Below, one piece after another: positions 47,948 to 62,374 of a DNA stretch of 64,000 nt. Below the pieces are notes generated by a model, which was not told the DNA's origin, did not search any database, and was given only the letters and a program-made list of their open reading frames with translations. Origin of the DNA: Paraspadella gotoi (Eukaryota > Animalia > Chaetognatha); contig CM119265.1 in the NCBI GenBank assembly GCA_051294375.1, forward strand, positions 27,481,835 to 27,545,834, written 5' to 3'. Position 1 is the stretch's first letter, and every line of letters starts with the position of its first letter. The translations under genes and the position numbers were made by a program.

Positions 47948-48746
47948 TTCTGCTCTTCTCCTCTCCTTGATAGCGCTCTCTCATCTCTCTCTCCGTCCCG
48001 TTCCGAACGGCGATATGGCCTCCAAGCAATTTCCCTTTTTTCAACATCGGCGTTTTTCAAACTGAAAAACACGGACCAATATTCTCTGCCTCTGATATTC
48101 ACACACAAAAATCTAGGCACGCATAAATCTAGCCACACNNNNNNNNNNNNNNNNNNNNNNNNNCGTATGTATCAATGACAATATCAACAACAGCATCTAC
48201 AGTATCAACAACAGCATCTACAGTATCAACATTAAACAACCGTATTGATATCGACGCAAAAACAACACCAGTTATTAAATAAATCCTAGCATAAATCCAA
48301 GTAAGCTCACCAATCATGCTTGCAAAATTCAGTCCCGATTTCCTTACCTTTCCTGACAATAATCTAATCCACAAAGTTCCCTTTTAGACGCTACAACGTC
48401 TATTCATGCGGCACATTACCCGTTTAAGCGCCAATTTCACTTTTTAAGCGCCGCTCCGTTTATAAAAGCGCCTTCACGCTTGTTCAAGCTCCATTCTCGT
48501 TTCCAGATCCATGATTCAAAATTTACGGTGAATTGTTTTTTTTTCACGTCGAAGTCAATCAAATGTGATTCATTAAAGGGAAAAAAATGAAATCAATAAA
48601 TACGATAAGACAATAATTAACTACGAACGCAGTTATGACCCATAGTTAATCGGTTTTTAAAAAAATCTATTCGCAAATTACGTCAACTAGGACGACTAAT
48701 ATTATTTGTTGGATAATTTAGATAATAACTAACATTTCGCGTTTTT

Positions 48747-48817
<71 letters not shown>

Positions 48818-49703
48818 ATTTCGAACTGTCTGACAGTATCTATCTGTCCGTGTGTCTATTTGGCTATTTGTCTATCTATTATAGTCTATCTATATAATCT
48901 ATCTATTTATCTATTCTATTCTTTCGACATGTATGTCAGTCTGTCAGTCTGTTAGTGTCTCTATGTGTCTCTGTCTGTCTGTCTGTCCGTCTGTCTTTCA
49001 GTCTGTCCATCTGTCTGTATCACATTGTTTTATCTTTTTGTTAACGTCTTCTCTCTTTTTCTCTTTTTCCCATCAAAGTCTTTCTCCGCCGAAATAGGTC
49101 GAGATGGGAATAGATGATGGGAAAAGGATATGGGAAGAGGAGATCGGAAGAGGAGGTCGGAAGAGGAAATAGGAAAAGGAGATGGGAAGTAGAGATGGAA
49201 AGAAGAGATGAGAAAAGATGGGAAGAGAAATGGGAAGAGGAGATGGGAAGAGGAGATGGGATGAAGAGATAGGAAGAGGAGATGGGAAGAAGAGATTTAA
49301 AAAATTGATGGGAAGAGGAGATGTCAAGAGGAGATAAAAAAAGAGCTGAGAAGAGGAGCGCGAGGAAGAGATAGGAGGAGAAGATGGGAAAAGGATATGG
49401 GAAAAAAGATGGGAAGAGGAGCTGAGAAGAGGAGATNNNNNNNNNNNNNNNNNNNNNNNNNCGTCGTCCGTCGTCGTCGTCGTCGCCGACACAGCTGCCG
49501 TGACGGTTGTTTATCATCTTTTTACTCTTGTTACATTAAACCGGCCTGCGATCCTTGACAGGCTCTCATCTCTCTCTCTTCTTTCTCGTTCTCTGGCTTC
49601 TCTCTTCTTCTCTTCTTGTCTCTCAGCTATTTATCTCTCTCTCCTCTACATCTGTCTCTTATTCTACTAATCTCTCTCTCTCTCTGCTCTCTCCTCTCCT
49701 TCT

Positions 49704-49744
<41 letters not shown>

Positions 49745-52700
49745 CCCTCTTTCTCTTCTCTCTCTCTTTCCTTCTCCTCCTTCTCTTCTCTCTCTCTCTT
49801 TTCTCTCTCTCTCTTTCTCTCTCTCTTCTCTCTTCGTCTCTCTCATCTCTCTCTTCTCCTCCCTTCCTTCCCTTCTCTTCTCTTCTCTGCTTCGAATCAT
49901 CATAACGCATTCGGGGTACATCTCTCCTCACTTCTCCTCTCTCCATTTCCTAGTTCGATTCGTGAATTCTGTTCTGGGAACCAGGTTTATGGCTGAGAAC
50001 TCTCTCTCGCCAGAGGGAGGAGACGTCAGGGGGTGATAAGAGAGAGAGACGCAGAGAGAGAGCAGACGAGAGAGAGAGAGAGAGAGCCGAGGAGAGAGAG
50101 AGAGAGAGAGAGAGCAGAGAGAGAGAAGTACTCTTGTCAGGTGTGAATTAACTGTCTCAAAATCTTTCAAAAAAAAAAACCATAACTACCAAATCTCCAC
50201 ATCCCACAAATAAAAATCACATACAACAAATCAACATAAAACACATAAAAAAAAACAAAGATACCCACCAACCAAAAAAAATACACAAAAACCCACAAAT
50301 CCAATCATCACATCATCTCAAATCAAACTCATAATTAATATCTCTCTCTCTCTAACCCAAAAATTCCAGAGAGAATCTCTGCTCTCTCTTTCTCTCTGCC
50401 CTTTTTTTTGTTCGGAAAATGAGAATAAATCGAATGAAAAAAAAAGATTTTTTCTCTTCGCCTTCTACCCAAATCCACTGTGCCACTAGTAGGTGCATTA
50501 GGCACCAGAATCCCGTCGGTCCAGCATAATCACGAATCGACCTGTCAAACGCGCGCGCGAGATAAATGATCCCGATTCTGTCCCGCGCGCGAACAGACAC
50601 ATTCAGGTCACGAGAGAGAAGAAGAGAGAGAGAGAGAGAGACGAGAGAGAGGACACATCAGCCAGTTGTTCGCCCCCACACATATACCGAAATCTATTCC
50701 ATCCCGGCGCGAACATAACAACTAGAAGCAAGGGACTGAATACTTTTCGCAGGGTTAAATTCGCGCGTCCGCATATCTTTCAAAACCGTCAACTCGTTGA
50801 CAGCATCATACCGGAGGCAATGTCAAACCCTTCGTCACAAGAAGGGACGCGTCCAATAAAAAAAAACTTTCGCCAACATGCGGGTTCTCCCGGCTATCTT
50901 ATCAATAGTTAACTGATCAATATTCAAAGCTGAAAATAGTAAATTCATATTTAGATGAATTATTATTTATCTATTATTATTCATAATACAATTAGAGAAT
51001 TAATTCTATAATCTTATTCAAGGCACAACTAACGAGAATGAATCGAAATCTCTGATTACTGTATTTACTTTACTAGAGGAATATATCAGACAGAGAGTTA
51101 TTATAAAGGGTAGAGAATAAAAATATTGAGATATATATTAAAACATTGTCAGAATTCTAGCTAACTCTTTTTCTCTACCTCTATTAATGTTACGTACAAG
51201 CAAGAAAAAAATACCAAACCCAAAAAACTCATACAATTATCAAATGCCTTCAAATTGAAAATTGGGTTAATGGCAAAACTGTTAACTTAATTAGACTTCG
51301 GGTAATTAAAATAAAAAACAATGTGTAAAATATTTACATGGATAGAACATTTCAGACAAAAAGAACAGTTACTAGAATTGTAGAGCACCCATACGTGAAT
51401 ATTAGGGATTCAAATCATTTTGGAGAATCGAGCGCCAACCAACTTCTCTAATATATAGATTTCTCATATACACAATCGCTCAGATAGCTTCCTATCAAGA
51501 TATTAATTATTAATTTTCTGCTCGACACAGACTAATAGAGATCTATAGAAAAAATTATATACTTTTTTTTAATATTACCGGCTTTTGTGCCGAGAGTAGA
51601 CTTGAGGCAGGAGTAGAGTAGGAGATGAGATGAGAAATTTAAAAAGAGCACAAGAAGAAGGAGACGACTGAAGAGATCAGTTCTCGGACTACTTAAAACA
51701 GCTAACTCGTACGTTGGGGGAATCATTTAGCGAGTTGGGAGAGTTGTTGTAATTTAAAACTATTTCTAATAATTATCTTTGGGTATCAGGCACATAATGA
51801 ATTAATAACTCACAAGCGCTCTCAAGTCGTCGATTTCATCATACACAGTTACGCGTATCGAATTGATGTAAAAAACGAGTTTATCATCGGGTCTTGGGTT
51901 TACATCAACATAAATGTTCTTAACGAATGAGACCGTCTTTGGAGTGGACATTTGACTTCGGACGTCATAATAGTGACGAGAGATGTCACGCCGATGGTAT
52001 CGACACGCAGTCGGTCAGCGGGCTGGATGAAAGAGTCTTCAGTGTTGCGATCGCGAGACTGTAAGGAAAGAGTTATAGAGGAAGAAAAGAAAGAGAGATA
52101 AATGTATTAGTATGGACCAATAGTGTAGAGAGCCTGGCGGTATTCATATCGGCAGAGAGCTGCGTACGGAATGGAAATAGGACGATGAGAGAGGGAGGAG
52201 AGATAAATAATTATAGCGCAATATAATACGCAATTAATGCTACCAAAACTTGTTCAAGCAAGGATTTTAAGTAAAATTTTTTTTTTCGTTTCATAATATT
52301 ATATAAGACCTTTTGTTATAAATTTAGTTTAAGAGGACCGTAGTCAACCCATCGCTCACGCAACCACTAATCATACATAGATCATTAACACGCTCACATC
52401 AATCCGAGATATGTACTATGGATAGAATTAGGGTTAGGCTAGTCCACGAGATAGACAGCCGAGTAGATAGCATGAGTAAATACCCGCCGAGGGAACGGAG
52501 ATCGTAAGACTCTCACGAGTGACCCAAGTCGTAGTGCTAATATAAGAGCCAAATCCGGAGTTTAGCTCAGCCCAATGAGATGAGTCCATACATTTTGATC
52601 CCGCAAAACCACACAGAACAAGATTAATTTCTCAATGTAAAACAAATCCGGATAAGAAAGCCGAACGACGGAAAACCAGAGCGAAAGGAAACTATATTAT

Positions 52701-52899
52701 TTAACGAAAGTAGAGCAATACGAAACCATAATGAATAAAAACTATTTAAATAATAAAAACATTTATTTTTCATATAAGGAACAGATTCAGATGACGCCCC
52801 GTAGTAAGAGAAATGTGGTTTCATGAGACACAGATATAAACAGCGTTTCACATATTTCAAATGAGTGAAAGAACCTGGGCCCCAACGAGTTAGGTTAAG

Positions 52900-54870
52900 G
52901 TAAACAATCTTTGAAATCATACATCATCATACGTCGTACGCCAGATAGATTATTTAATATTAGATTTTTTCTGCTCTCAATTTTAAGAGACAATAAAAAA
53001 AAAAATTCATGGTATAAAGTCTTCGTAGTAATATTCTTTTATTATAGTATTATTTTTAATACGCAATCTACGCAACGCCTCTCGTTTTTAAAAATTCTGA
53101 CTTCTTGAACACAAAAAAATACTTCTTCATCGATTCTATAAGTAACTACGATCACAGAACACTATCTATGCTTATATTGGTTAACTTATACACCCCAACA
53201 GTATATACAAATACCTTAATTTTTTTTAAAACTTTGTTATCACCACCGACGTCAACCCTCACGCGCCCGATAGACTCTAACATAGTAAATCACGCTTTAT
53301 CATATATTAACATTCAGAGCAATACTTATGTCCCACTCTTTACTTTAGTGTCACCCAGACCTTTCAATTGCACCCACCTAGCTAAACTCTTTTTAATTAA
53401 ATTTATTTATCCCCATGTTAAGCTCATCAAATACCATCCCACACACAACTCTCCACATCCTCCATCTCATTAATTATCCATCCTCCTAACAAAAAAATTT
53501 TCCATTATTCCATTTTACTTTAAAAAAACATACACATCCAATCCGAATAGTTCAACTTACCCTGAATACATCAACCTCTGACCAATATAACTTCTGTCCT
53601 CACGGAGCATAAGTTGGAAAAATTATCAATTAGCCACTCAGAACAATAGCACAACCAACCCACCCTCACCTCTCCTTCTAATAAAAAAACATCTAACACT
53701 ATATACTCTTCTAATCAGAAACACCCACGCCACTTAACGCATACGCACACACCTCTCTTATCTACCCACAAAGTATAACAACGGCGTTTTTCAATATTTC
53801 AATGATAAGTGGGCGAGCATGCCAAACATCAAAGGAAAAACATATTTAAAAATCATCATCATAAAATCGTCGTAACAAAAACCATATATTATTTAATAGT
53901 TATATTTTTTTGGGCTAATTTTAGAAGCATAAAACAAACAATTTGGAAATCTTAGTAGATAATTTTATTTTTTTAATTGTATTGTTTTTACAACCCATCT
54001 AACGAATCCAAGATTTCATACTCTAAAATTCTGACTTTTGAAAAAAATATTTCTATCAATGATTTAATATAGTAATAACGAATAAACATTTTAATGAATT
54101 CTTATGTTATTACTGTATAATAAATAGACAATCCTTAATTATAATTTTAATATTGTTAAATCACACAGGGATCGACTCTAAAAAACCGTATATTTATAAT
54201 ACAGAAACTGCAGAATATCAGCTCATTTCTATCATATGTGTCTGCCATCTGAAGCATAATTAAATATTTATCCAAAAATGCATAGAACACAAATGACAAC
54301 TTTATCATTATAACTCACAACATTATTTTATTAAGAACAGATCAATCCAGATAGCCCTAAAAAGATTATTCCTACACAAAGTAATAGACGCGTATCTATA
54401 AATAATTTCCAAATGATAAGATAGAGGCAAATAAAAAGGAAAAACTCTTTAAAATCATGCATCATCAACGCAACGTAAACGCATAATATTTTATTTAGTT
54501 CTATTCTAATATTTAAGCAATAAAAAAAATTTGGAAATTATTGTAAGCTAAACATAATATTTTTTATTTATTTTATTTATTCTTCTACTCGCATCCTCGT
54601 TTTTTAAAAATTTCTGATTCTATGCAAAAAATATCTCTACATGATTTATTAAGATAATACACGAGAATAAACATTTAACAATGGTCTTCTATGTTATTAA
54701 CTGTATATAACAATTTTAAAGATTTTTTAATAATTAATATTTCTGTTATCCACCACAGGAGAATGCTCATAACAAACGTTATTAGATATCATTACAAGGA
54801 ACTACTATTAGTATATTTATTCTTCACATATGTGTTCACGCGCCTCAATATCCGACAAAGACTAGTATAC
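52900..54870. repeat. Degenerate tandem or near-tandem AT-rich repeat, about 3 copies
   Basis: AAATCATCATCAT..CGT..TTTAAAATTCTGACTT..ATGTTATT blocks recur at about 52910, 53845 and 54450. Confidence 0.6.
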
Positions 54871-56849
54871 ATTCAAAATTGATAATTATTTCTAATTTAT
54901 CCCTTGATTAACATCTATCTACTCCTCTAAATCTCTCCAATCTCAATCTCATTTTATCTCTAAAACCACAAACAATTTAATTTCCTTTTTTACTATAACA
55001 CAAAAAAAACTTCAACATCACAATCATGTGGTTTCAGACAATCCATTACACCACTGGATCCTTCAAACAAACAAACAAAAACCTCTGACACTATCAGTAT
55101 AACTGTATGCACCAAAACTAAACTCAACAGCAGTGTACACAACACACAGAGATCATCAAAAACGATATTTATGAGTGTTCGGAGGCAGCCGATAGCTGCT
55201 CATATCTGACTCCGTGATATGACGCGTGACCTAGTATGATGATTACTGAATGTAGATCTTCAGTAGAGAGAGGTATGTGTCGATATGCATATAGCAGCGG
55301 TTCGGTGATTAGTAGGTACGTGAGTGAAACAGAGAAGGCGAATCGCACAGAAGAAATTGATCGAGAGATAAGGCCAGTTGGTCGTAACCGTCTGACGTCA
55401 TACATTTATGAATAGTGGAGATAGTAGATGTTAACCACGCAATGTGGGCAGGATGAGTAGGGATGATCTCGACTGTATTGATTGGTAGATTCGAGAGGTT
55501 GTAGCAGCACAGTGGGGACCTAGCGAGGTGGAGAAGGGTTCATGAGTGTCGATAGTCATAGACTTGCCGACAGGATAGAGAGATCGCAGAGATTTCGGAG
55601 AGATCAGATGGTCGGGCTCACTTCGCGTGGTCATACGGCGATGGATCTAGAGAACCAGTTAAGTCGAGGCAGGCACAGGGAAAGGGGCCGTCGGGAGACT
55701 TATTGTATCGTGTGGCGTAAAAAGTGTACGCTGATCGAGGAAGAAGGATATTGCACTGAGACTCTTCTTCTCTGATCGTTCATCTTCGCGCCGTATGACC
55801 TGCAATTGATCACGAGACTCTTTCTTTTTGACCAGGACAATAAATTTTATCACCACATTAAAAACGAGGATGAAGAAACGGGAGCTTCGGAAACTGACTA
55901 GCCAAGCGAAACAACTGTTAGTTTATGCATCAACATAAACCTACGATATATTCGTTGAAAACCAAAGGTAAAAAATCCTTTATTTCTCTAAATCATATTA
56001 CAAACACGAAACACAAGAAAAGAGATTATCACAATAGAATTTCACAATCTATAAAGTATATATTTTATGTTCTTTATAAGTCTTCAGCTCCGAATTCGAT
56101 AGGGGACAGATATGATTTTGAAATCAATAGTGCCAAAAAATTTCAGAATACAATATTTTCCAGAGACTAAGAGAAGAGAGAGAGAGAAGTAAGCAAGAGA
56201 GCGAACGCCAACGAAACAAATTGCGATATAATATAACTATTCTCTAGTACGATAGTGGAACGCAATTATGCGCGCATTAATGGAAGATATCCCGAAAACG
56301 AATTCGTCTAATCAGCCTCCACCAAGTCAGGGATCCCGGTCCTAACTCGCGAGATCCACTCTTCACAAATATACAAACGATCCGCCGCAACCTGAAAGAC
56401 GTGAGACCGCATATTATTTTTAACTATAATACGTCTGCCATATCGGCACCACACAACAGCGAATAGAATCAAGGGTTTTGCTTTAAGACGAGATACAATT
56501 CGTCAAACCGCGTCAACGTACAAACACTGCAAGGTAACGTCGTCTGATACGCGAGACGACCCCGCAGTTCCCTAGAAATCGAGCCCGGCTTCCGTATTAC
56601 CGGGTCAGCCATTGCCTCCCCGCGTTCAACCCCGTGTTCGGTCTGCGGTTTCTCCATCCGTTCGTGTTAGGCACTTTAAGGCCTTGACTTTTTGGTTGTG
56701 GTCTTTCGGGCGCACTTCTCTTCTCTCTCTCCTCTCTGCTCTCTCTCCTTCCTCTCTCCTCTGCACGTCGTTGGTCCTTTTTCTCTGCGTGTCTTACACA
56801 CTAAGCACCTACAGTTTTGCGCCAATTTTCGGTTTTTTCGCATATCAAT

Positions 56850-57810
56850 ATCGGATCTAGTAGCTGCTAATCTCGCCCTCTCGTCATCTTGTTGTCCGTG
56901 GTCCGTCCTTCGTCGTCTTGTCGCGGTCCCGCCGTTTCGTCGCTCGAGCTCCCGCTGTCCATTCCGCCGTCTGCATCCGCGTCGTCGCTCCGTTTTGGCG
57001 GACTCGTTTCGGTCGAGCTCGAGCACCAATCCTTGCCGTCGTCTCGCTGCTCGTCATTGGCATTGCCGTCGTGTTCCGTTGTCTGCTCGTTTCGCGCAAT
57101 CCTCCCTGCGAAACGTTACCGCGATCAACTCGTAGCATATTAAATGGTAAACGAATCATTTTTGCAAGAGAGAGAGGTAGAGTAGACGAAAGAGGATCGA
57201 GAAAAGAGACGAGAGGAGAGAGAGGAGCAGACCTTCCATTCTGCAGCCTTTTCCATGGAATCATGCGGTCCATCCACCGCCGACTTTCCTCTCTGATCTT
57301 AAGGATCTCCACGGTGATGGACATGAGATACGCAACTGTACCCGCTGATCAGAGGGTGCGATGGCTGAATTACTGCTATATGGGTAGAGCGTGCGCGTAA
57401 GTGACGTGCCGATATGGTCTGGCCGCGCTATCAGATCATGACGCATGCTGTCGCCGATCCATCTTCTCTTCTTCTCCTTCCTTCCGCTTCATATTGATTC
57501 CTTGGATTCCTTTTCTTGTCTCCCGCCCTCTCTCACTTCTTCCTTTCTCTCTTTTCTTTCTTCTCTCATTGTCTTCCCGCATTTCGGTATCCCCACGACA
57601 GGAAATTCGGTTTTTTCCAAACATTTCGATGCTTAATCAAAATGTGCCGGCGGTCGTCGGGTTGTGGTCGCCCATCAGTCAGGATCGTTGTTTTTGTCAG
57701 CTTTTTTTTAGTTCCGGGCTGTCTCGGTATGTTTATTCGTCGGGGTCCCTCTTCAACGATTTTCTTCTCAGGACTCCGGGGATTTAGGAATTCAAGATGG
57801 CGATAACTGA
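56850..57810 (+). other. GC-rich exon-like blocks, possibly a frameshifted membrane-protein gene
   Basis: GTC/GCC-rich hydrophobic pieces (SLLVIGIAVV, AVVGLWS..IVVFVSFF) switch frames and are separated by GA/CT-rich intron-like DNA. No family recognised. Confidence 0.25.
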
Positions 57811-60800
57811 TTGCGAGAATGTCAGTAGAAGAGCAAGATAGCTACTATCCGTTACGAACGAAGAAAAGGGGATCAAGCTGATAATCATGACTTTTGGTTA
57901 AGAAGATTTGAGAATGAAGGGTTTAGAAGGTTGTGTTTTTTGTGAACACAGTATTTTGAATCACAAGATAACTTTTTTCATATTTGAGTATTATTCACCA
58001 TTATATATATCGTTTTTGTAACTATTTAAATATATTTATATTTTAAATGCTATATATAAATTTGTTAATATACAAAATTAATATGTATATTTTATAATAA
58101 AACAAAAAATATCAAAGTTATTAGTGAGTACAGACGAAGAGACTTACAGAAATGCACTAATACCCAGAGAAGCAGAAAGTAAGCGATCTCTACAGGTATT
58201 TACATTAGATTATACAGGTGACATAAAGCCTTTGCCTGACAATAGACCAAGAGTACTTGACTTCAGGTAAGGATGGACCAGGACTGGAAATGTTAAGAAT
58301 CACGCATATCCATACTGACGAAAACTTTGCCAGGTTTTAACCAAAAAAAGAGGAGATGGGACCCCTGATCAGAATACAGTGAATCCTTCTACTGATCAAG
58401 TTCGAAAATACATAAAAGACAACTCGGACCTTGATTGACATCGAGGGTAGTACCGACGACTGGGCCGCACCATGTACCAGGAAAGACGCCGCACCGGATC
58501 CGTACCGCGTACCGCGGGCTCCGGGCGTCGGACTTTCTGGACGTCGAGCGGGACTATCGACCGCTCAATACTGGGGTGAAATATCTCCGACGACACCGAA
58601 TACGATAAGCGATCCCCGATCCGAGGGCCGGGTCGGACAACGGACCGACGGCGGACCTCGAGAACGTGGACGGTACTCGGACGAGACCGAGTGGAACAAG
58701 AGGCGATGCGAGGAGGATATCGAAACAGCGAAGCAAGAACCGACGAGAGATAAAACGGCAGGAGAAACCGCGCTCAACTATGGCGACCCGACCGAAGCCC
58801 GAGGCGCCACGGATAGAGAAGAAACCAGAGCGGACCGGACGCAGACCCATTTAACAATGAGATAAGAAACACCTGAAAACGGAAAGTTTTAAAACGGTTG
58901 TCGTCGCACACAAGATATGACCCGTTGCTCAGGACGACGAGCCCTGGCTTGAAGCGATCCGACCGAGATTTTTCACCTGGAACCCGAGAGCTCGAGTAAA
59001 GAGATGCGACTTCGCACGAGTGGTTACGTCGAGAAACACTGACTCTGGGTGGTATGGGTCAGGTCGTTTCATTAGCAAAGGATGCATTCTACGAGACATA
59101 TGTGAAATATTACCCTCTTAGATTCTTCCACTGGGAGGGACATATTATTGAAGTCCTGATTTACGCGGAAACGCATCGTATATTCATACTGTATGGTGCT
59201 GTAGACCTGATATACATACCATTGAACATGCTATCGATCAACTAGGATAAAATATTTGTCTCCTATAATTATATCGAGACTCGGTATTAGATAGTTCACC
59301 ATTACGGGGTCATATATGAAACGACGCCGAATGAAAACCTTCTTCCTTGCCCGGCAGAGAAACCTCTCGGGCACCAGACCAACGAAGTTCACTTTCCACC
59401 TCCGAGAGAGGAGAAGAGAGAGAGAAAGAGAGAGAGAGAAGGAGACAAAAGAATTTTAAGGATTTGTTTCATAAGTTAAACTCTTATTTTCTGAGAGTGG
59501 ACTATGTTCAACAGATAATTTAATTCCTCATTTGGGGTGATACTATATTTTTAAATAAATTTTTTTAAAATTAAGCGTAAACCTCTGAAATGATCCATAA
59601 TAATATATTCTAAGTTATTCGATAATTGTATACGACCGGATCATGTAGGAAGTTCTTTTCGTTGGGTAGGCATTAGATGTAGAAACACTATAAGAAGTTA
59701 TTAGAGAGATGAGATGAGAGAGAGGAACGAGCAAGAATAGATTCAAATAGCTGGTGGGGCTCATGCAGTCCGTTTGACTCCTCTTCGCGCCTAATAGGAC
59801 CCGGACTATCACAAATGTTTCATGTATTATAGTTATCTCTCGTCATGTATTATTATCATATAACACCCACGCCAGCCATTGCTGCCACACGCAGAGAGAG
59901 AGAGAGAGAGAAGGAAGAGGGAGAAGAGAGACAAGGATACATACACACACAGCACACAGAGACGCACGAGAAGAGAGAGCACGCGCGACCCGTGCAAAGT
60001 TGGATGATGAGGGGCATGCGACATTCCTCGTCCCGCGCGCCATGGCTTTGATTCTACATTACTATATACTGAAGCAGTTCTGAGACGAACCAAGATCGGA
60101 AAGAATCGCTCGTGCCACTTACATAGGAAGATTTTCAGTCGACCTAACGAATCCAAGTCAAGAAGAATAAATCGAGTAAGAATGACAGCAGGCTCGGCTG
60201 TCTCAAGGATTATAGCGGCCCTGATAAAATTACAAATACGAAACAAAAATAATCGCGACACGTCTACGACCGGAGCACGCCATCGACGCATATAGTACAT
60301 TGAATGGAGCTCAACTGTGATAGGATTTTCACCTTCTCATCAAACACGTCCGTTCATGAGACCAGACGTCTTGGTTCGAGAACAAGCGAGCCGCAGAGCG
60401 AGGTGAGAATGAATATCCTTAGGTCTTTCGTGATTCAAGACCCGATGTCGTACATTGGGATTAAGTGTGCGTTCTGCTGATCACAAACTCCGCCGCTGTA
60501 TCTACGCCATCAACGGCGACGCCATGTATTTATCGCCGGCACGTTGAAGAAGAAGCGAATACAGGTTGAGACAGTGACGACGACGACGACGACGAAAACC
60601 ACAACGACAATAAAAAGCTTCCCATCTTTGTTCCCATCAAGCAAAATCCCGAAATCAAGCATCGAGCAAGCATTTTGAGCGGGCAATCATAAACTCGTAA
60701 TCCCTTGTCACAAAAAGAGAATCAATCCGAAAAAAAAATTAGGCAAAAATCGTGATACTTGTGAATTTCACATCGTGAACGAAATCGTATTTCCGTTTTT

Positions 60801-61680
60801 CTTTCCGTGAGGATTTAAGATCAACGCGACATCTACGTGACAACAGCGACGACGATGACGATGAGGACGACGAAAATATTTACGATGACGACGACGACGA
60901 TGATGACGACGACGACGATGACAATGTCGAAGATGACGACGACAACGACGACTGACAACGATTTAAGACGTCGACGACGACAACGACGACAACGACGGCG
61001 ACAAAGATGATGACAACTGCGCCAAAAAAGGCCAACGTCTAGGACAAAGATTGAACGGAAAATAAATATGAAGACGACGACGACAACGACAACAACAACA
61101 ACAACGTATCTCGTATCTCATTTCTTTTCTCTGATCCTTCGTATATTTCCCATTTTTTTCCTCCTACGCAAAAAATCTCTTTTTTCTTATCTCACTTCAA
61201 ATCTGTTTCTCTTGTCATCAGTTTTAACTTTTTTTTAAAAGTTAGACATCGAAAAAAGTCAACGACCAGAAATGATACATATTTTTTAAAAACAGATTTA
61301 TAATAAATTATTACATTTACTGACGTAAACTGTTACCTTGTTTTACGACGCCTCAAATAAAAGTGTCATTAATTTTTTACCCATCCAATTAATCTATCAT
61401 CAATTTTTTGTTTCATCTTCTCTCCATTAATTCCCAGATCTTGTTTCCTAAACTCTCGTACACATCTTTGCCACTCCTGGCTTTCAGTAATATATAAATA
61501 TGAACACAAACTTACAACATATTATACGTAGGTCTATTTAAGTTTTATTCGTTAAAACTTTTACCTTCCAAACATCTTCGTGCCTCCTTGACTCAAATCT
61601 TTACCAAAGACCCCAACTCTCTCTATATCTTCAACCCCCCTTCCAAACCCCTTCCACACCCCACTGCTCGATCCCCCTCT

Positions 61681-62021
61681 TCAACCCCCCACTTTCTCCT
61701 CCAACCCCTTCAATCTCTCCCACAACAACAACAAATCTTGCATCGTTTCTCCTTTCAAAATCAAAATTTTGTTCTTATTTTCCGAAATCTTGATTCGCTG
61801 CTGCTCAAGCGTTTCGTCCAGCCGCCGCAGCCGCTTCGACGTCTTCTTTCGCTGCGGAGCCGCGTCTTGCTCCAGACGGTCGAGCCTCTCGGTGAGACGA
61901 GCAACTTGGGCTGCGAGGGAAGCGAGGGCGCGGGTTGAGGCTGCGAGTCGGGTGTGGGAAGGATCAGGGAAGCGGGTAGGGCAAGCAGTGATGGAAGCGG
62001 TGAAGCAAGCAAAGAAAAAAT
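61681..62021 (-). CDS. Probable coding exon: hydrophobic start followed by coiled coil
   Basis: GC-rich open frame LAASTRALASLAAQVARLTERLDRLEQ...LRRLDETLEQQRIKISENKNKIL with heptad periodicity. The start lies in a gap, and the stop sits in a G homopolymer (possible indel). Confidence 0.45.
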
Positions 62022-62341
62022 NNNNNNNNNNNNNNNNNNNNNNNNNNNNNNNNNNNNNNNNNNNNNNNNNNNNNNNNNNNNNNNNNNNNNNNNNNNNNNN
62101 NNNNNNNNNNNNNNNNNNNNNNNNNNNNNNNNNNNNNNNNNNNNNNNNNNNNNNNNNNNNNNNNNNNNNNNNNNNNNNNNNNNNNNNNNNNCTCCTTCCT
62201 CTCTCCCTCTTCCTCTTCCTCCTTCTCTCCCCCGAGACGATTCCCGTAGATGAAATCCCCTTCGCCCGACGGAGATTTTCCAAATTCCAAATCTCTGAAT
62301 AATTAATTCGCCGAATTTACCCTTTGAAAAATTCACCGCTT

Positions 62342-62374
<33 letters not shown>

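Noticed and set aside
50350-60550. GC-richer patches that might be coding or TE-derived (for example 55170-55800 and 58130-59400)
   Set aside because: The sequence looks like noisy single-read fill, and no recognisable motif survives in any frame.
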